A DNA stretch of 64,000 nt from Candidatus Thorarchaeota archaeon (GTDB lineage Archaea > Asgardarchaeota > Thorarchaeia > Thorarchaeales > Thorarchaeaceae), in NCBI GenBank assembly GCA_029855935.1, contig JAGSHN010000022.1, positions 1 through 64,000 on the forward strand, given 5' to 3'. The first letter of the stretch is position 1. Every line of letters starts with the position of its first letter. Under the pieces are notes generated by a model. The model was not told where the DNA came from and did not search any database. It worked only from the letters and a program-made list of their open reading frames with translations. The position numbers and the translations under genes were made by a program. This document shows positions 26,926 through 37,122 of this stretch, in pieces.

Positions 26926-29592
26926 TTGGAAGTCGCGGATGCGCAGGTCAAGAGGGTGCTCTCAAGACCGTACGTGATGGTCTTCAGGAAGACGAGACAG
27001 GAACTCGCCTGCAGGGTAGAGGTCTATGGTACCGTCCTCAAGAACAGGCAGCGGAGCCTCCTTGCTGGGATTGTAGAGTTCGGGCGCAGGCAGAACGGTC
27101 TCCTTGAGATAAGACGCGCGTGGTTCTTGAAGTTCAACAAGCCAATCTACTACCAGCCCAAGGAGTTTCACCAGATCATCAGAGGGGCGCAGAGCGTCAT
27201 CATCCCGCGAGATGCAGCACCCGAGTTCATGGACGATTTGCTACAGTTCCTGTCACGAATCCAGTCCCCCGAGCCGCGGCTCGTTCCAGTCTGCATGCAC
27301 TGCCTGCGAGAGGACCGCCTGACCGTACTCACGCGGCGCAACGCCGTGCGCTTCTCGGCAACAGATGTCGGCTGCACGACTTGTGCGAAGAACGAGCTGA
27401 GGATGGAGCTGAGGAGCCTCGGCGTCAATCTCTCCAAGGGAATGATACGGCAGCTCGAGTATCAGGTGACACGGCTGCGATCAGTCCCAAGGGTGTTGGA
27501 GGTCCTGCTCCCCGGGTTTGACCCCACGAAGGAACCGGAGCTGACGCTGTTCGACACGATTGAGGCACGCGGTGTCGAGAGACCCCACGCGGTGAATGAC
27601 CTTCCCCTGCCACAAGAGTTCAGGGACCTGCTCAGTCATGAGGGCTATGAGTCCCTTCTCCCGGTGCAGGAACTGGCCGTCAGGGCCGGGCTGCTCGATG
27701 GCAAAGACCTGCTGATAGTGTCGGCAACGTCCTCGGGAAAGACGCTGATTGGGGAGCTCGCAGGGATACCGCGCGCAATGCAGGGACGAAAGATGATCTA
27801 TCTGTCGCCTCTCGTTGCCCTGACGAACGAGAAGTACGAGCTCTTCAAGCGGAGGTACAGAAGACTCGGCCTGCGGGCAGGCATCAGGGTGGGAATGTCG
27901 CGTCTTGATGTTGGTGACGAGGGTCGTCCCATAGTGGACACCGACATCACAAAGGCGGACATCATCTGCGCAACCTACGAGGCGCTCGACTATATGCTCA
28001 GGGCACGGGAGACCGACCCTCTCGGAGAGATAGGGACGATCATCATCGACGAGATACAGAATCTGGGCGACCCGGAGAGGGGCCCAGAACTGGACGGGCT
28101 CCTCGTGAGGCTGAGGCACTACGCGCCCAGAGCCCAGGTTCTCGCCCTCTCTGCGACAGTGGGCACTCCGAAGCAGCTGGCAGAGGAGCTCGGCCTCACA
28201 CTGGTCAACTATGATGGCCGACCCGTGCCTCTCGAGCGCCATCTGGTGTTTGCGCGCAGTGAGGACAAGAAACGCGAGATGATTCGTCGGCTCGTCCTCA
28301 AGGAGTACAGGACCATAAGCAGTCACGGCAACAGAGGTCAGAGCATCGTCTTCACCTATTCCCGTCGTCGTGCCCATGCGCTGAGCGACTGGCTCCGGGA
28401 CAACGGAGTGTCTGCAACCGTCTATCATGGAGGGCTGTCATATCTGCGTAGACGGCGAGTGGAACGAGCATATGCGAGACAGAAGTACGCCTGCGTGGTC
28501 ACGACTGCAGCACTGGGCGCCGGCGTGGACCTCCCCGCATCGCAGGTCATCTTCGAGTCACTGGCTATGGGTGCTGACTGGCTGAGTATCGCGGAGTTTG
28601 AACAGATGCTGGGCAGAGCGGGACGGCTCGGCAAGCACGACCGTGGGAAGGTGTACATCCTTGTGGAGCCTGACAGGAAGTATCATAGCGGTCAGGAGAA
28701 GACCGAGGACGAGGTGGCGATTGAACTCCTCAATGGCGTTGTCGAGGATGTCGAGCCGTTCGCTGATCTCGAGACCTCAGCTGAACAGGCCCTTGCCTCC
28801 ATATCTGCCACTGGCATCACGCGGCTGGAGGATGTGGCACGACTCTATCGTGAACATCTCTCCTTCTCAGTGCCGCCCTCAGAGGCGATGAAGCACCTCG
28901 TCAGGACCCGAATGGTCAGGGTGCGGAAGGGCGGTATCCAGATCACTCCGCTAGGACGGGCCACGACCCTCTCCTTCCTCAAGCCGTCACAAGGGCTAGA
29001 GGTTCTAAAGCGCACGGAGACAATGGATGTCCTTGATATAGCAATCAGCCTGAACCCGTTTGAGAACGTCTATCTCAGTAGCAAGCTGCAGGCTGAGATC
29101 AACAAGGCATTCCGCACGTATATGCCCACCAGGCTCTTCGCTGGTGTCTTCTCGGATGTGGCCGAGCTCTCCTCCCAGAGGGGCGCCGCCCAGAGGTTGC
29201 CGGGATGGGTCTTTGAGGTCTTCTCCCGATGGATGCGCGAGTTCTTCAACTGTGGTTGTCCGCTCTATCCGGAGTGTGACCACGGGAAGATACGTCTCGG
29301 TCGCTGGCTCGTTGAGAGGAGAAAGGAGGGCCTCAATCCAACAGGGCTGGCGAAACGCCTCCACGACGAGTTCCACCTTTGGGCCTACCCTGGTGACATC
29401 TTCTCTTGGCTCGACACTCTTGTCCACAGTCTCAAGGCTGTTCAGCGAGTGGCGGCCGTCGCAGGTAAGATGGACCTTGAGGAGGAGATTGAGAGTCAGA
29501 TAGCCAAGATTGAGCAGCCACTCAAGAGAGCGGAGACAGAGCAGGCCCGACAGAAGCAGCACTCGAAGAAGCAGGACACGCGAAAGGCATAG
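26926..29592 (+). CDS. Archaea-specific Ski2-like SF2 helicase (ASH-Ski2/DUF5814 type)
   Basis: ATSSGKT, DEIQ, LSAT, QMLGRAGR; N-terminal CMHC...CTTC; C-terminal CGCPLYPECDH and AYPGDI. Confidence 0.9.
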   Translation: MEVADAQVKRVLSRPYVMVFRKTRQELACRVEVYGTVLKNRQRSLLAGIVEFGRRQNGLLEIRRAWFLKFNKPIYYQPKEFHQIIRGAQSVIIPRDAAPEFMDDLLQFLSRIQSPEPRLVPVCMHCLREDRLTVLTRRNAVRFSATDVGCTTCAKNELRMELRSLGVNLSKGMIRQLEYQVTRLRSVPRVLEVLLPGFDPTKEPELTLFDTIEARGVERPHAVNDLPLPQEFRDLLSHEGYESLLPVQELAVRAGLLDGKDLLIVSATSSGKTLIGELAGIPRAMQGRKMIYLSPLVALTNEKYELFKRRYRRLGLRAGIRVGMSRLDVGDEGRPIVDTDITKADIICATYEALDYMLRARETDPLGEIGTIIIDEIQNLGDPERGPELDGLLVRLRHYAPRAQVLALSATVGTPKQLAEELGLTLVNYDGRPVPLERHLVFARSEDKKREMIRRLVLKEYRTISSHGNRGQSIVFTYSRRRAHALSDWLRDNGVSATVYHGGLSYLRRRRVERAYARQKYACVVTTAALGAGVDLPASQVIFESLAMGADWLSIAEFEQMLGRAGRLGKHDRGKVYILVEPDRKYHSGQEKTEDEVAIELLNGVVEDVEPFADLETSAEQALASISATGITRLEDVARLYREHLSFSVPPSEAMKHLVRTRMVRVRKGGIQITPLGRATTLSFLKPSQGLEVLKRTETMDVLDIAISLNPFENVYLSSKLQAEINKAFRTYMPTRLFAGVFSDVAELSSQRGAAQRLPGWVFEVFSRWMREFFNCGCPLYPECDHGKIRLGRWLVERRKEGLNPTGLAKRLHDEFHLWAYPGDIFSWLDTLVHSLKAVQRVAAVAGKMDLEEEIESQIAKIEQPLKRAETEQARQKQHSKKQDTRKA

Positions 29593-29679
29593 GACTCACA
29601 TTGAGAGACGGCGGAGTGAGCTACCACGGTGACGCCTCTCGCGGACCCGCCACGGAGTGTTGCAGACCGTCTGCACAGC

Positions 29680-29952
29680 TCAGGACTGCAACGAGGTTGG
29701 TGAGTCGTCGAACTCAAACCTCACCCTGAGATTGTTGATGCGATCGACATCAAGGGAGTCTATGTTGAGGTCGACCCAGAGATGCAGGTCGTGGCGAAGC
29801 CGCTCCTTCGGGGAGAGTCCCGCCACTTGCCCGACGAGGTCCTCTGTGACCAGCTCGAACCTAGTTCCGCCGCACTTACACGTGCCCTCCAAGACCATAT
29901 CGATGTCACTTGATGTGGCACCGCAGTTCCGACACCTGAAGATCATTGCCAA
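29680..29952 (-). CDS. Zinc-ribbon protein (DUF2072/OapC-like)
   Basis: CRNCG...VLEGTCKCGGTRF. Confidence 0.65.
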   Translation of the reverse strand: MAMIFRCRNCGATSSDIDMVLEGTCKCGGTRFELVTEDLVGQVAGLSPKERLRHDLHLWVDLNIDSLDVDRINNLRVRFEFDDSPTSLQS

Positions 29953-30135
29953 TCATCGTGTGGTACCATGCGCCGGACTATAGGGATTGGTACTCTTGAG
30001 GTAATACTCACACGGAAAGAGGAGGGATGATACTGGGTCCTTCGGAACACATGCTGCTCGTCCCATTGATATGAGATAGAGTCATAAAGGGCATCGGCGC
30101 AGCAGAGTCACTAGCTTAGCTGGGGCTGTTGTCAC

Positions 30136-30405
30136 ATGGCAAGGTCTTGCGCAATATGCCACGGTAGACCTAAACTGAAGTGCGACCGCTGCAGGAATGA
30201 GTTCTGTCACCAACACGCCATCAGATGCCCCTCTTGCGGCACCATAACGTGCATACGGGACCTGGGAAGGAGGACCACCTGTCCTGTCTGCAAGAAGCCC
30301 CTCAACATCTGTCCTGAATGCCTGCTCAACGGTGAGATAGTGAGAACGTTGACCAATCCTGTCACCTGTCCGGTGTGTGGCTGGACGGAGGACTCTGCCG
30401 TCTAG
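30136..30405 (+). CDS. Small multi-zinc-finger protein
   Basis: 14 Cys in 89 aa: six CxxC plus CHQH and CIRD. Confidence 0.78.
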   Translation: MARSCAICHGRPKLKCDRCRNEFCHQHAIRCPSCGTITCIRDLGRRTTCPVCKKPLNICPECLLNGEIVRTLTNPVTCPVCGWTEDSAV

Positions 30406-30415
30406 GCCGCTCAGG

Positions 30416-30733
30416 TCAGGCAAACAGAAAGAGCAGCGTCAGAACAATCCCGACCAGCAGTGCGACCAGCCAACCTCGCCAGCCCATACCCCATACGATG
30501 GGGATGGGACCGATGAGGATCACACCCTTGCTCTCGTGCCTGACCTCTACGGGCTCCGGTCCCTCGCGCATCCGCAGGATCAGACCAGCCGCAACAAGCA
30601 ATAGTCCCAACATCAGGAGGATCACTCCGAGAACAGCCATTGTGTCAGGTGTCTGCATCAACATCATCGAAGTCACCACCACGGTCGCTCTGAGTGCTTG
30701 GAGCACTGGCGTGGCTATAGCATGAACCAACAT
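30416..30733 (-). CDS. DUF131/TIGR00304 family membrane protein
   Basis: Signature GVILIGPIPIVWG; ATG overlaps the upstream TGA. Confidence 0.8.
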   Translation of the reverse strand: MLVHAIATPVLQALRATVVVTSMMLMQTPDTMAVLGVILLMLGLLLVAAGLILRMREGPEPVEVRHESKGVILIGPIPIVWGMGWRGWLVALLVGIVLTLLFLFA

Positions 30734-31308
30734 CACTGACCGTGCCTCTCCTCTGTCTCCGGCAGCCTAAAGACCATCCGTTCGTAGCCGCCCACGTGCT
30801 GACCCTCTTCGGCCCAGAGTACTATGATGTCATCACGAATCTCGTATTCAAGCAGGGAGTCTATCTCCATCACCTGAGTGCCTCGGGGGAACCTCCATAT
30901 GATCTCAAAGTCGTACGGAGCGTCCTCCTCCTCGAGCCAAGTCTCAATTCTGTTCTCCGTCCCCGGGCGAAATGGCCCGCGGAAGTCGATGACGAAGACA
31001 ACACCGACGACGCTCGTCGGGCCCTTTGGCAATATCTCCACGTGAGAGACCTTTGAATAGACACGCTCCCCGTTTATCTCCACACGCTCTTGATCGAGAA
31101 AGTACTGCATGTTGTCCCAGAGTCTCGTGACCTCCTGCTCAAAGAGCTCGTTGTCCGAGAGGACGCGAGAATAGTATCCCTCGTGATCCCAGTACTCGTA
31201 GATCAGCTGCTCGTGTATCTCACCTGTCATCGACACGGAGAAGAAGGAGTACGCGTGGACAGGTTCGACAAACCCTTCGTCGAGGTCATTCATCGGCATC
31301 ACCACCAT
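30733..31308 (-). CDS. Hypothetical acidic beta-rich protein
   Basis: 191-aa ORF tightly packed in an operon. Confidence 0.75.
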   Translation of the reverse strand: MVVMPMNDLDEGFVEPVHAYSFFSVSMTGEIHEQLIYEYWDHEGYYSRVLSDNELFEQEVTRLWDNMQYFLDQERVEINGERVYSKVSHVEILPKGPTSVVGVVFVIDFRGPFRPGTENRIETWLEEEDAPYDFEIIWRFPRGTQVMEIDSLLEYEIRDDIIVLWAEEGQHVGGYERMVFRLPETEERHGQ

Positions 31309-31311
31309 CCT

Positions 31312-32319
31312 TCATTCGAGGGGCACTGCAGGAATGCCCGTATCGGATAGGCTCGCGGCGAGAGTTCGTCCGTTCTCTGTGAAGCAGTACGCAATGACCG
31401 GGTCGACGCTCTTGGCGAAGTCCAGTAGTCCAGGGAAGTCCGTGTGAGCCGAGAGGGGAAATCCACCGTGGCCATAGTGCGGCAACGACCAACCCGAGAG
31501 GTCGAACCTTCGTGACCGTCTCTCCAGCCTCCGGGCCAGGTCCGGTCCGTGCAACCTCCGCACGTTGTACAGCATATGCCGAAATGATGACACCACCATC
31601 GCTCCACCATTCCGAAGGATCTCAGCAGCAGCGTCCGTATTGATTGACACGTATTCCAAGTCTGAGCCGTGATGGGCGTAGACCTGTGACACAGCATCAA
31701 TTGCGAAGTTCCCCACGACCACATCAATACCACTGCGAGCAAGGAGAGCTATCGCCTCCTGAGCCTTGCCCAGTGAATAGGCGCTGAAACACGGCACCTC
31801 TCCCCCGTTGACGACCTCTCTCGCAGTCCTCACGATGTCAGAGTGAATGTCTTCCCGCGGTGGGAAGACCCAGTGAGGCGTGCCATAGGTCGCCTCCGTG
31901 ACAAGAACGTCGGCCTCCACAGGGACTGCCGCGGTATGCACAAGACTGTCAACATTGTTGAAGTCGCCAGTGTAGAGGACGGTCGTGTCCCCCAGCTCTA
32001 TGAGAAACATTGACGACCCCAGCACGTGACCTGCGTTGAGAGCAGTCACGGAGACGGTGCCCAGCGAGACTGGTTCGCCGTACTCGACAGTCATCACGCG
32101 GGCGCGCCCCACACGACCGTTTCTCGCAATCAAGGTCTCGAGTGTCGCCTGTGTCGTCACGAGCGTCTTTGCGAGATCCACAGAGACAACGTGGTCAGCG
32201 TGTGAATGCGAGAGGAGTGTGGGACCGTGACCGACCGCGGCATCGAGACCTATTGTCACATCACCGTAGATGAGAATCAGCCCGCTAGAAGCGGCCCGAA
32301 GGATCTTTATCTCTGACAT
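31312..32319 (-). CDS. Metallo-beta-lactamase/beta-CASP nuclease
   Basis: HSHADH, AGHVLGS, YTGD, EATYG, LSAHTD. Confidence 0.9.
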   Translation of the reverse strand: MSEIKILRAASSGLILIYGDVTIGLDAAVGHGPTLLSHSHADHVVSVDLAKTLVTTQATLETLIARNGRVGRARVMTVEYGEPVSLGTVSVTALNAGHVLGSSMFLIELGDTTVLYTGDFNNVDSLVHTAAVPVEADVLVTEATYGTPHWVFPPREDIHSDIVRTAREVVNGGEVPCFSAYSLGKAQEAIALLARSGIDVVVGNFAIDAVSQVYAHHGSDLEYVSINTDAAAEILRNGGAMVVSSFRHMLYNVRRLHGPDLARRLERRSRRFDLSGWSLPHYGHGGFPLSAHTDFPGLLDFAKSVDPVIAYCFTENGRTLAASLSDTGIPAVPLE

Positions 32320-32398
32320 CAGTCAGCCCCCTCTCGCTCCACTCATCTCAAAAGGCTTTCCTCCGACAACTCGGTCAGAGACAATTGCGTCAATGTGA

Positions 32399-33289
32399 TC
32401 ACAACAGGCGCCGATACAGCGCCAGTCGTAGTAGATTTGTGCGTTTCCCGTCGTGACTCACAATGTCAATCACACCGCGCTCGTATGGGCTGAGCAGGTC
32501 AATGCTGAGTGTCTCCACACGGGCTTGACGTACAACGCCGAGCACCGCGTCTGCTGCCAACTGTTCGTCCACCCGACTAGGATCTCGCACAAGCAGGCGC
32601 AGTACGAGATGGCTCCCGATCGTGTCGGACACCAAGACGAGTGCAAGATCGCCATCAATCGACAGAGTGTGGAGTCGGCCCCTGGCAGCACCTAGGTCTG
32701 CCGATAGCCACGTGTGCGAACAGTTCACGCTTGAGTCCCTGCGACGCCTCCAGAGGAACTTTCTCACCGCATTTATATCGTGAGACTCGTCCCAGTCCAC
32801 ATTGCTCTTGGGCCTCGGAAACGGCCCAGTCAGGTCACCGTAGAGGATGTCTTCATCGACCTGCGAGAAGCGGAGATCCGCTAGAGCTGGTGCAGTCCAT
32901 TCCGGTAGCAGAAAGGAGAATGGGAAGGGGGGCGCACTTGTCGTCTCCTCGGGGACAAGCGCATCGACCTGACGGATGGCGGCTGTTCTGAAGAAAGGCA
33001 GAGACGACCTGATGATGCTCCTCAGAACATCGCCCCTCCGACTCTCCTCGACAAACACAGCTGCGAGAGCCAATCCCAGCAGGGTTCGATCTCTGTACAA
33101 TGCGGTACCGCCAATCGGTACACCTCCTAGGGTCGCAACATACAAGAACACGTCGTCCATTGTGCCGAATGACTCGGTGCATCTTCTGATGTCATCTGAC
33201 TTCTCGACTCCAAGCGTGTCGCACATCTCGTGCCACAGACCGAACTCGGGCGGGAATAGCCTGCTGTTGAACATCATACCATCCTTCAC
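32399..33289 (-). CDS. Hypothetical protein, possible tandem GNAT-like fold
   Basis: AAVFVEESRRG resembles GNAT motif A; GTGA overlap with mer. Confidence 0.55.
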   Translation of the reverse strand: MKDGMMFNSRLFPPEFGLWHEMCDTLGVEKSDDIRRCTESFGTMDDVFLYVATLGGVPIGGTALYRDRTLLGLALAAVFVEESRRGDVLRSIIRSSLPFFRTAAIRQVDALVPEETTSAPPFPFSFLLPEWTAPALADLRFSQVDEDILYGDLTGPFPRPKSNVDWDESHDINAVRKFLWRRRRDSSVNCSHTWLSADLGAARGRLHTLSIDGDLALVLVSDTIGSHLVLRLLVRDPSRVDEQLAADAVLGVVRQARVETLSIDLLSPYERGVIDIVSHDGKRTNLLRLALYRRLL

Positions 33290-34368
33290 GAGGATGCCTC
33301 CTTCAGACGCGGGACTATCTCACTCCCAATCCTTCTGATTGCAGATACCCTCTCAGGGCCCAGCGGGGAACCGGCCACAAAGTGCGTCACTCCGACACGG
33401 AGCAGCTCCTCTATCCGGTCAAGACAGTAGTCACGGTCGCCAACTATCGCAAATATATCAATCATATCCTCTGTGACAAGCGAGGCAGCCTCTGCAAAGC
33501 GTCCGCGTTCGAGCTCGCGAGCGATGACCTCTCGCGACTCCACGGCCAGTCCGTGTCGCTCCAGAACTGTGTTGGGAGAACCGGCGACCACGTAGGCGAC
33601 AATCAGACGTGTCATACCGGAGAGGGCATCCTCGCGATCCTTGCCGATGCTAAAGGCTGTGTAGGCCCCGATGTCAAGGGAGTCAACCTGCCGCCGACGT
33701 GCCCTCTTCAGTCCTCGCCTTATGGCACCAATCGATACCTCGAAGTCTCTTGGATGACTTGCATTGATCAGGATGCCATCAACCAGAGGGGCAACGCGTT
33801 CGAGCATCATCGGACCCTGTGCGCCAGCATAGATGGGAATGTATGGTGCTTTCTTGACCACCTTGCCATCACGGGTGACAGGCTCGCCCCTCTCGTCGAG
33901 CTGTATCGTCCTCGGGACCATAGATAGCTTGGCGCCGCGAAAGTGAAAGACCCGACCTTCAAAGTTGAGTCTCCGTCCAGCAAGGAGCTCCCTCATACAC
34001 TGAACGCTCTCCACGACGGTTGTGACAGGGAGATGCCATCTGAGCCCCAGCGTCTCAAGCGTGACCCTGTCACCGGCACCCACTCCGACAACAGCACGAC
34101 CATTCGAGATCTCGTTGAGGGTAACAGCCGCAGCGGCCGAGAGCGCAGGACTGGTGTGGTACGGGTTCGTCACGCCAGGTCCAATCATAACACGGCTGGT
34201 CGACATTGCTATGGCCGTCAGGGTGCACCACAGGTTCCTGTTGTTGTAATGGTCAGTGATCCAGACGTGGTCGAACCCCACCTCCTCGGCGAGCTGCGAC
34301 CACTTCACTATCTGAGCAACAGGATGATCGGGGACGAACTCGATTCCGACAAGCGTCATCAGGAACAC
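33286..34368 (-). CDS. mer: F420-dependent methylene-H4MPT reductase (Mer family, LLM class)
   Basis: VWITDHYNNR, GPGVTNPY, IPIYAGAQGP, DGILINASHPRD, VAGSPLGP. Confidence 0.85.
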   Translation of the reverse strand: MFLMTLVGIEFVPDHPVAQIVKWSQLAEEVGFDHVWITDHYNNRNLWCTLTAIAMSTSRVMIGPGVTNPYHTSPALSAAAAVTLNEISNGRAVVGVGAGDRVTLETLGLRWHLPVTTVVESVQCMRELLAGRRLNFEGRVFHFRGAKLSMVPRTIQLDERGEPVTRDGKVVKKAPYIPIYAGAQGPMMLERVAPLVDGILINASHPRDFEVSIGAIRRGLKRARRRQVDSLDIGAYTAFSIGKDREDALSGMTRLIVAYVVAGSPNTVLERHGLAVESREVIARELERGRFAEAASLVTEDMIDIFAIVGDRDYCLDRIEELLRVGVTHFVAGSPLGPERVSAIRRIGSEIVPRLKEASS

Positions 34369-34502
34369 ACCGTCATTCGGACAACGCCTACTGGGACGAA
34401 TAAATCATGTCCGGTGATGCAGCCAGGGACCAGCGCGCTCACTGCGACCGAGCGAAGGCTTTAAGGCCCGTGCGAACCGTTGGCTCAAGGGGGTCCTGAA
34501 AG

Positions 34503-35492
34503 CTGAAGTCGCTGGTACTGACGGACAATGGTCTTCAACTGGCAGACACGCCAATGCCATCGATTCTTCCAGGCGAGGTAAGAATCGAGGTCAGGTCAGT
34601 GGGTCTGAGTGCGATTGACATCTCCATATGGAGAGGCGAGTACGACGTACAGCTCCCCCTGATTCTCGGTCATGAGATCAGTGGGTTCATCCACGAGAGC
34701 TCGGTTCCTGGTATCGAGCCGGGCACGTACGTGACCACCGAGGTCGATACATTCTGCGGCACGTGCTGGTACTGCCGTCACAATCTCCGGCATCATTGTA
34801 AGTCAAGGACGACTCTGGGAGTCACACGTGACGGGGGCCTTGCAGAGTACCTCACCGTACTTGCGGATATGGTGCATATCCTGCCCGATCAGGTCGACTC
34901 CGTGACAGGTGTGTTCGTCCACCCCGTTGCAACCGCTCTGGAGACCGTCAACAGGGTCCCGCCCGAGCACGACGAGCCAGTGGCCGTCATTGGCACTGGG
35001 AAGATTGGGCTCATCATCTCACAGGTCTATGAGGCGTTCGGTGCCGAGCCGTTCGTGGTGGGTCGCAATCAATGGAAGCTCGGACTGGCAAGGCAGATTG
35101 GAATTCGACATGTCATCAACAACAGGGACTCCGGGTGGAAAAACGCCATCCTCGACGCCACGGAGGGTGTCGGTGCGAGAGTGGTGGTGGAGGCCACAGG
35201 GACGGTGGAGGGCCTGAGGGACGCGCTGGAGGTCGTACGAAACGGTGGGACTGTCGTCCTGAAGAGCATCCACTCGCAGGCCATTCCTGTGCAGGCACAG
35301 GAGCTGGTAAGTAGGGAGATCACTCTCATCGGGACAAGGGCTGGTCCCTTTGACGAGGCGATTGATCTTCTGGCCAAGGGGAGGGTGGAGGTGAAGCGGC
35401 TCGTCAGTGCCCAGTTCCCACTGGATGAGGGAGAGCGTGCCTTTGAGTATGCGACAAAGCCGGATGTGACAAAGGTCATAATCAACGTCTGA
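34503..35492 (+). CDS. MDR-family zinc-binding dehydrogenase with atypical catalytic site (probable CTG start)
   Basis: ILGHE, CGTCWYC..C structural Zn site, GTGKIG; the in-frame CTG gives a typical MKSLVL N-terminus. Confidence 0.85.
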   Translation: MKSLVLTDNGLQLADTPMPSILPGEVRIEVRSVGLSAIDISIWRGEYDVQLPLILGHEISGFIHESSVPGIEPGTYVTTEVDTFCGTCWYCRHNLRHHCKSRTTLGVTRDGGLAEYLTVLADMVHILPDQVDSVTGVFVHPVATALETVNRVPPEHDEPVAVIGTGKIGLIISQVYEAFGAEPFVVGRNQWKLGLARQIGIRHVINNRDSGWKNAILDATEGVGARVVVEATGTVEGLRDALEVVRNGGTVVLKSIHSQAIPVQAQELVSREITLIGTRAGPFDEAIDLLAKGRVEVKRLVSAQFPLDEGERAFEYATKPDVTKVIINV

Positions 35493-35502
35493 GGACCGCC
35501 CG

Positions 35503-36780
35503 ATGCCGGAGTTCGATGCCGACCTGCATATTCACTCGCCACACTCAATCGGTGTGAGCCCTCAGATGACCATCCCAAACATCACGGCATCCGCTCGGAG
35601 AAAGGGACTCAGCGTGATAGGCACGGGTGATGCCACTCAACCGGACTGGCTCAATCACTTGAGGTCACACCTGAGATCTGAGGGCGAGATCCTGCGCAAC
35701 GACAGGATATGCTTCATTCTGACTGCGGAGGTCGAAGATGCTGACTCTGTGCATCACCTGATCATCTTTCCAGACTTCGACTCTGTGGTCAGGTTTCGAA
35801 CTGCTATCAAGAGTGACTCGCCAAACATAGACCATAAGTGGGGTGGTCGCCCGAGAGTGAACCTGAAGGGAGAGGAGATTGCAGGAGTCGCCCGTGACGT
35901 GGGTGCCCTCGTCGGACCAGCCCACGCATTCACGCCCTTCAGGTCAATATTCCGGGAGGGCAAGTATGACTCGCTGAGCGCGTGCTACAAGGGTGAAACG
36001 GACTATGTCGCATTTGTCGAGCTTGGCCTCTCTGCTGACACAACGATTGCAGACTTCATCCCCGAGCTGAGGGAACGAACCTTCATCACCGCCAGCGATG
36101 CGCACTCACCGGCGCCCGACAAGCTGGGACGAGAGTTCGTCAGATTGGAGCTTGAGGAGCCGAGCTTCGAGGAGCTCAAGATGGCTATAATGAGGCGGGC
36201 TGGCCGTCGACCAGTCCTCAATGTCGGCCTGGATCCACGACTGGGAAAATACTACCTCTCGTTCTGTGGGAGCTGCAGGCGCACGCTCGTGCTCAGGCGT
36301 GGCAACGAGCCGCCGCACTACGACAGACTGAACGTGTTCTTCTACACAGACTCCCCCAAGGGGACTAGGCAGCTGCTGAGCGACGTCCACAGGAGGCATG
36401 TCGTCTGTCCTGCCTGTGGCGGCCGCCTGCGCCTGGGCGTGAGGGACAGAGCTGCAATGATAGGTGAGGGTGAGAGCCGCTCTCCACATCATCGGCCTCC
36501 GTATCTTCATATGCCTCCGCTTACAGAGCTCATTCGCTCGGCTCTGGGTGTCAGGTCGACCAAGTCGAAGAGCGTGATCAGGCTCTACGACACAATGGTC
36601 GGTGGGCTCGGACCTGAGACTGCCATTCTGACCAAGACAGCAATAGAGGACATCTGCAGTATCGATGCCAGAGTTGCAGAGATGATTGGTGCCTACAGGT
36701 CGAGACGCGTCAAGATAGTCCCCGGTGGGGGCGGCAGATACGGAAGGATTGAGGGGATAGTGGAGGACAACGAGCAATGA
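35503..36780 (+). CDS. Endonuclease Q (TIGR00375, PHP domain plus zinc finger)
   Basis: DLHIHS, GTGD, GPAHAFTPF, ELGLSAD, SDAHS, LGKY, PGGGGRYG. Confidence 0.9.
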   Translation: MPEFDADLHIHSPHSIGVSPQMTIPNITASARRKGLSVIGTGDATQPDWLNHLRSHLRSEGEILRNDRICFILTAEVEDADSVHHLIIFPDFDSVVRFRTAIKSDSPNIDHKWGGRPRVNLKGEEIAGVARDVGALVGPAHAFTPFRSIFREGKYDSLSACYKGETDYVAFVELGLSADTTIADFIPELRERTFITASDAHSPAPDKLGREFVRLELEEPSFEELKMAIMRRAGRRPVLNVGLDPRLGKYYLSFCGSCRRTLVLRRGNEPPHYDRLNVFFYTDSPKGTRQLLSDVHRRHVVCPACGGRLRLGVRDRAAMIGEGESRSPHHRPPYLHMPPLTELIRSALGVRSTKSKSVIRLYDTMVGGLGPETAILTKTAIEDICSIDARVAEMIGAYRSRRVKIVPGGGGRYGRIEGIVEDNEQ

Positions 36781-37094
36781 CTGTGGTTCGTGGTATCATC
36801 AGAGAGGTAGGGAGAAGTACCACCACAAGAATCAGCGCCAGACGCTGGTACGGCGTGACCAAGATTGTTGTCCAAGACCCCAAGACAGGACAGACCTATG
36901 ATGTGCGGCTGTCGGCAGATGTGATGCGACGCTGCAACTTTCTCCCGCGGGTCGGAATGCCAGTCATCATTCACGGCTTTGTGGAGGAGGCAGAGTACGG
37001 ACTGTCTGACTTCGTTGTGACACGGGTCACCGACGTCAAGCATGAGGGAGCTGGCATCAGAAGGGTGGTACGCCTAGACGAAGAGGATGGATGA
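36777..37094 (+). CDS. Small putative OB-fold protein
   Basis: VRGIIREV...VVQD..G.Y.VRL...PRVG.PVIIHGFV; acidic tail; ATGA overlap with EndoQ. Confidence 0.6.
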   Translation: MTVVRGIIREVGRSTTTRISARRWYGVTKIVVQDPKTGQTYDVRLSADVMRRCNFLPRVGMPVIIHGFVEEAEYGLSDFVVTRVTDVKHEGAGIRRVVRLDEEDG

Positions 37095-37122
37095 CGCCTC
37101 ACCCAGCAGCAGCGCAACACAC

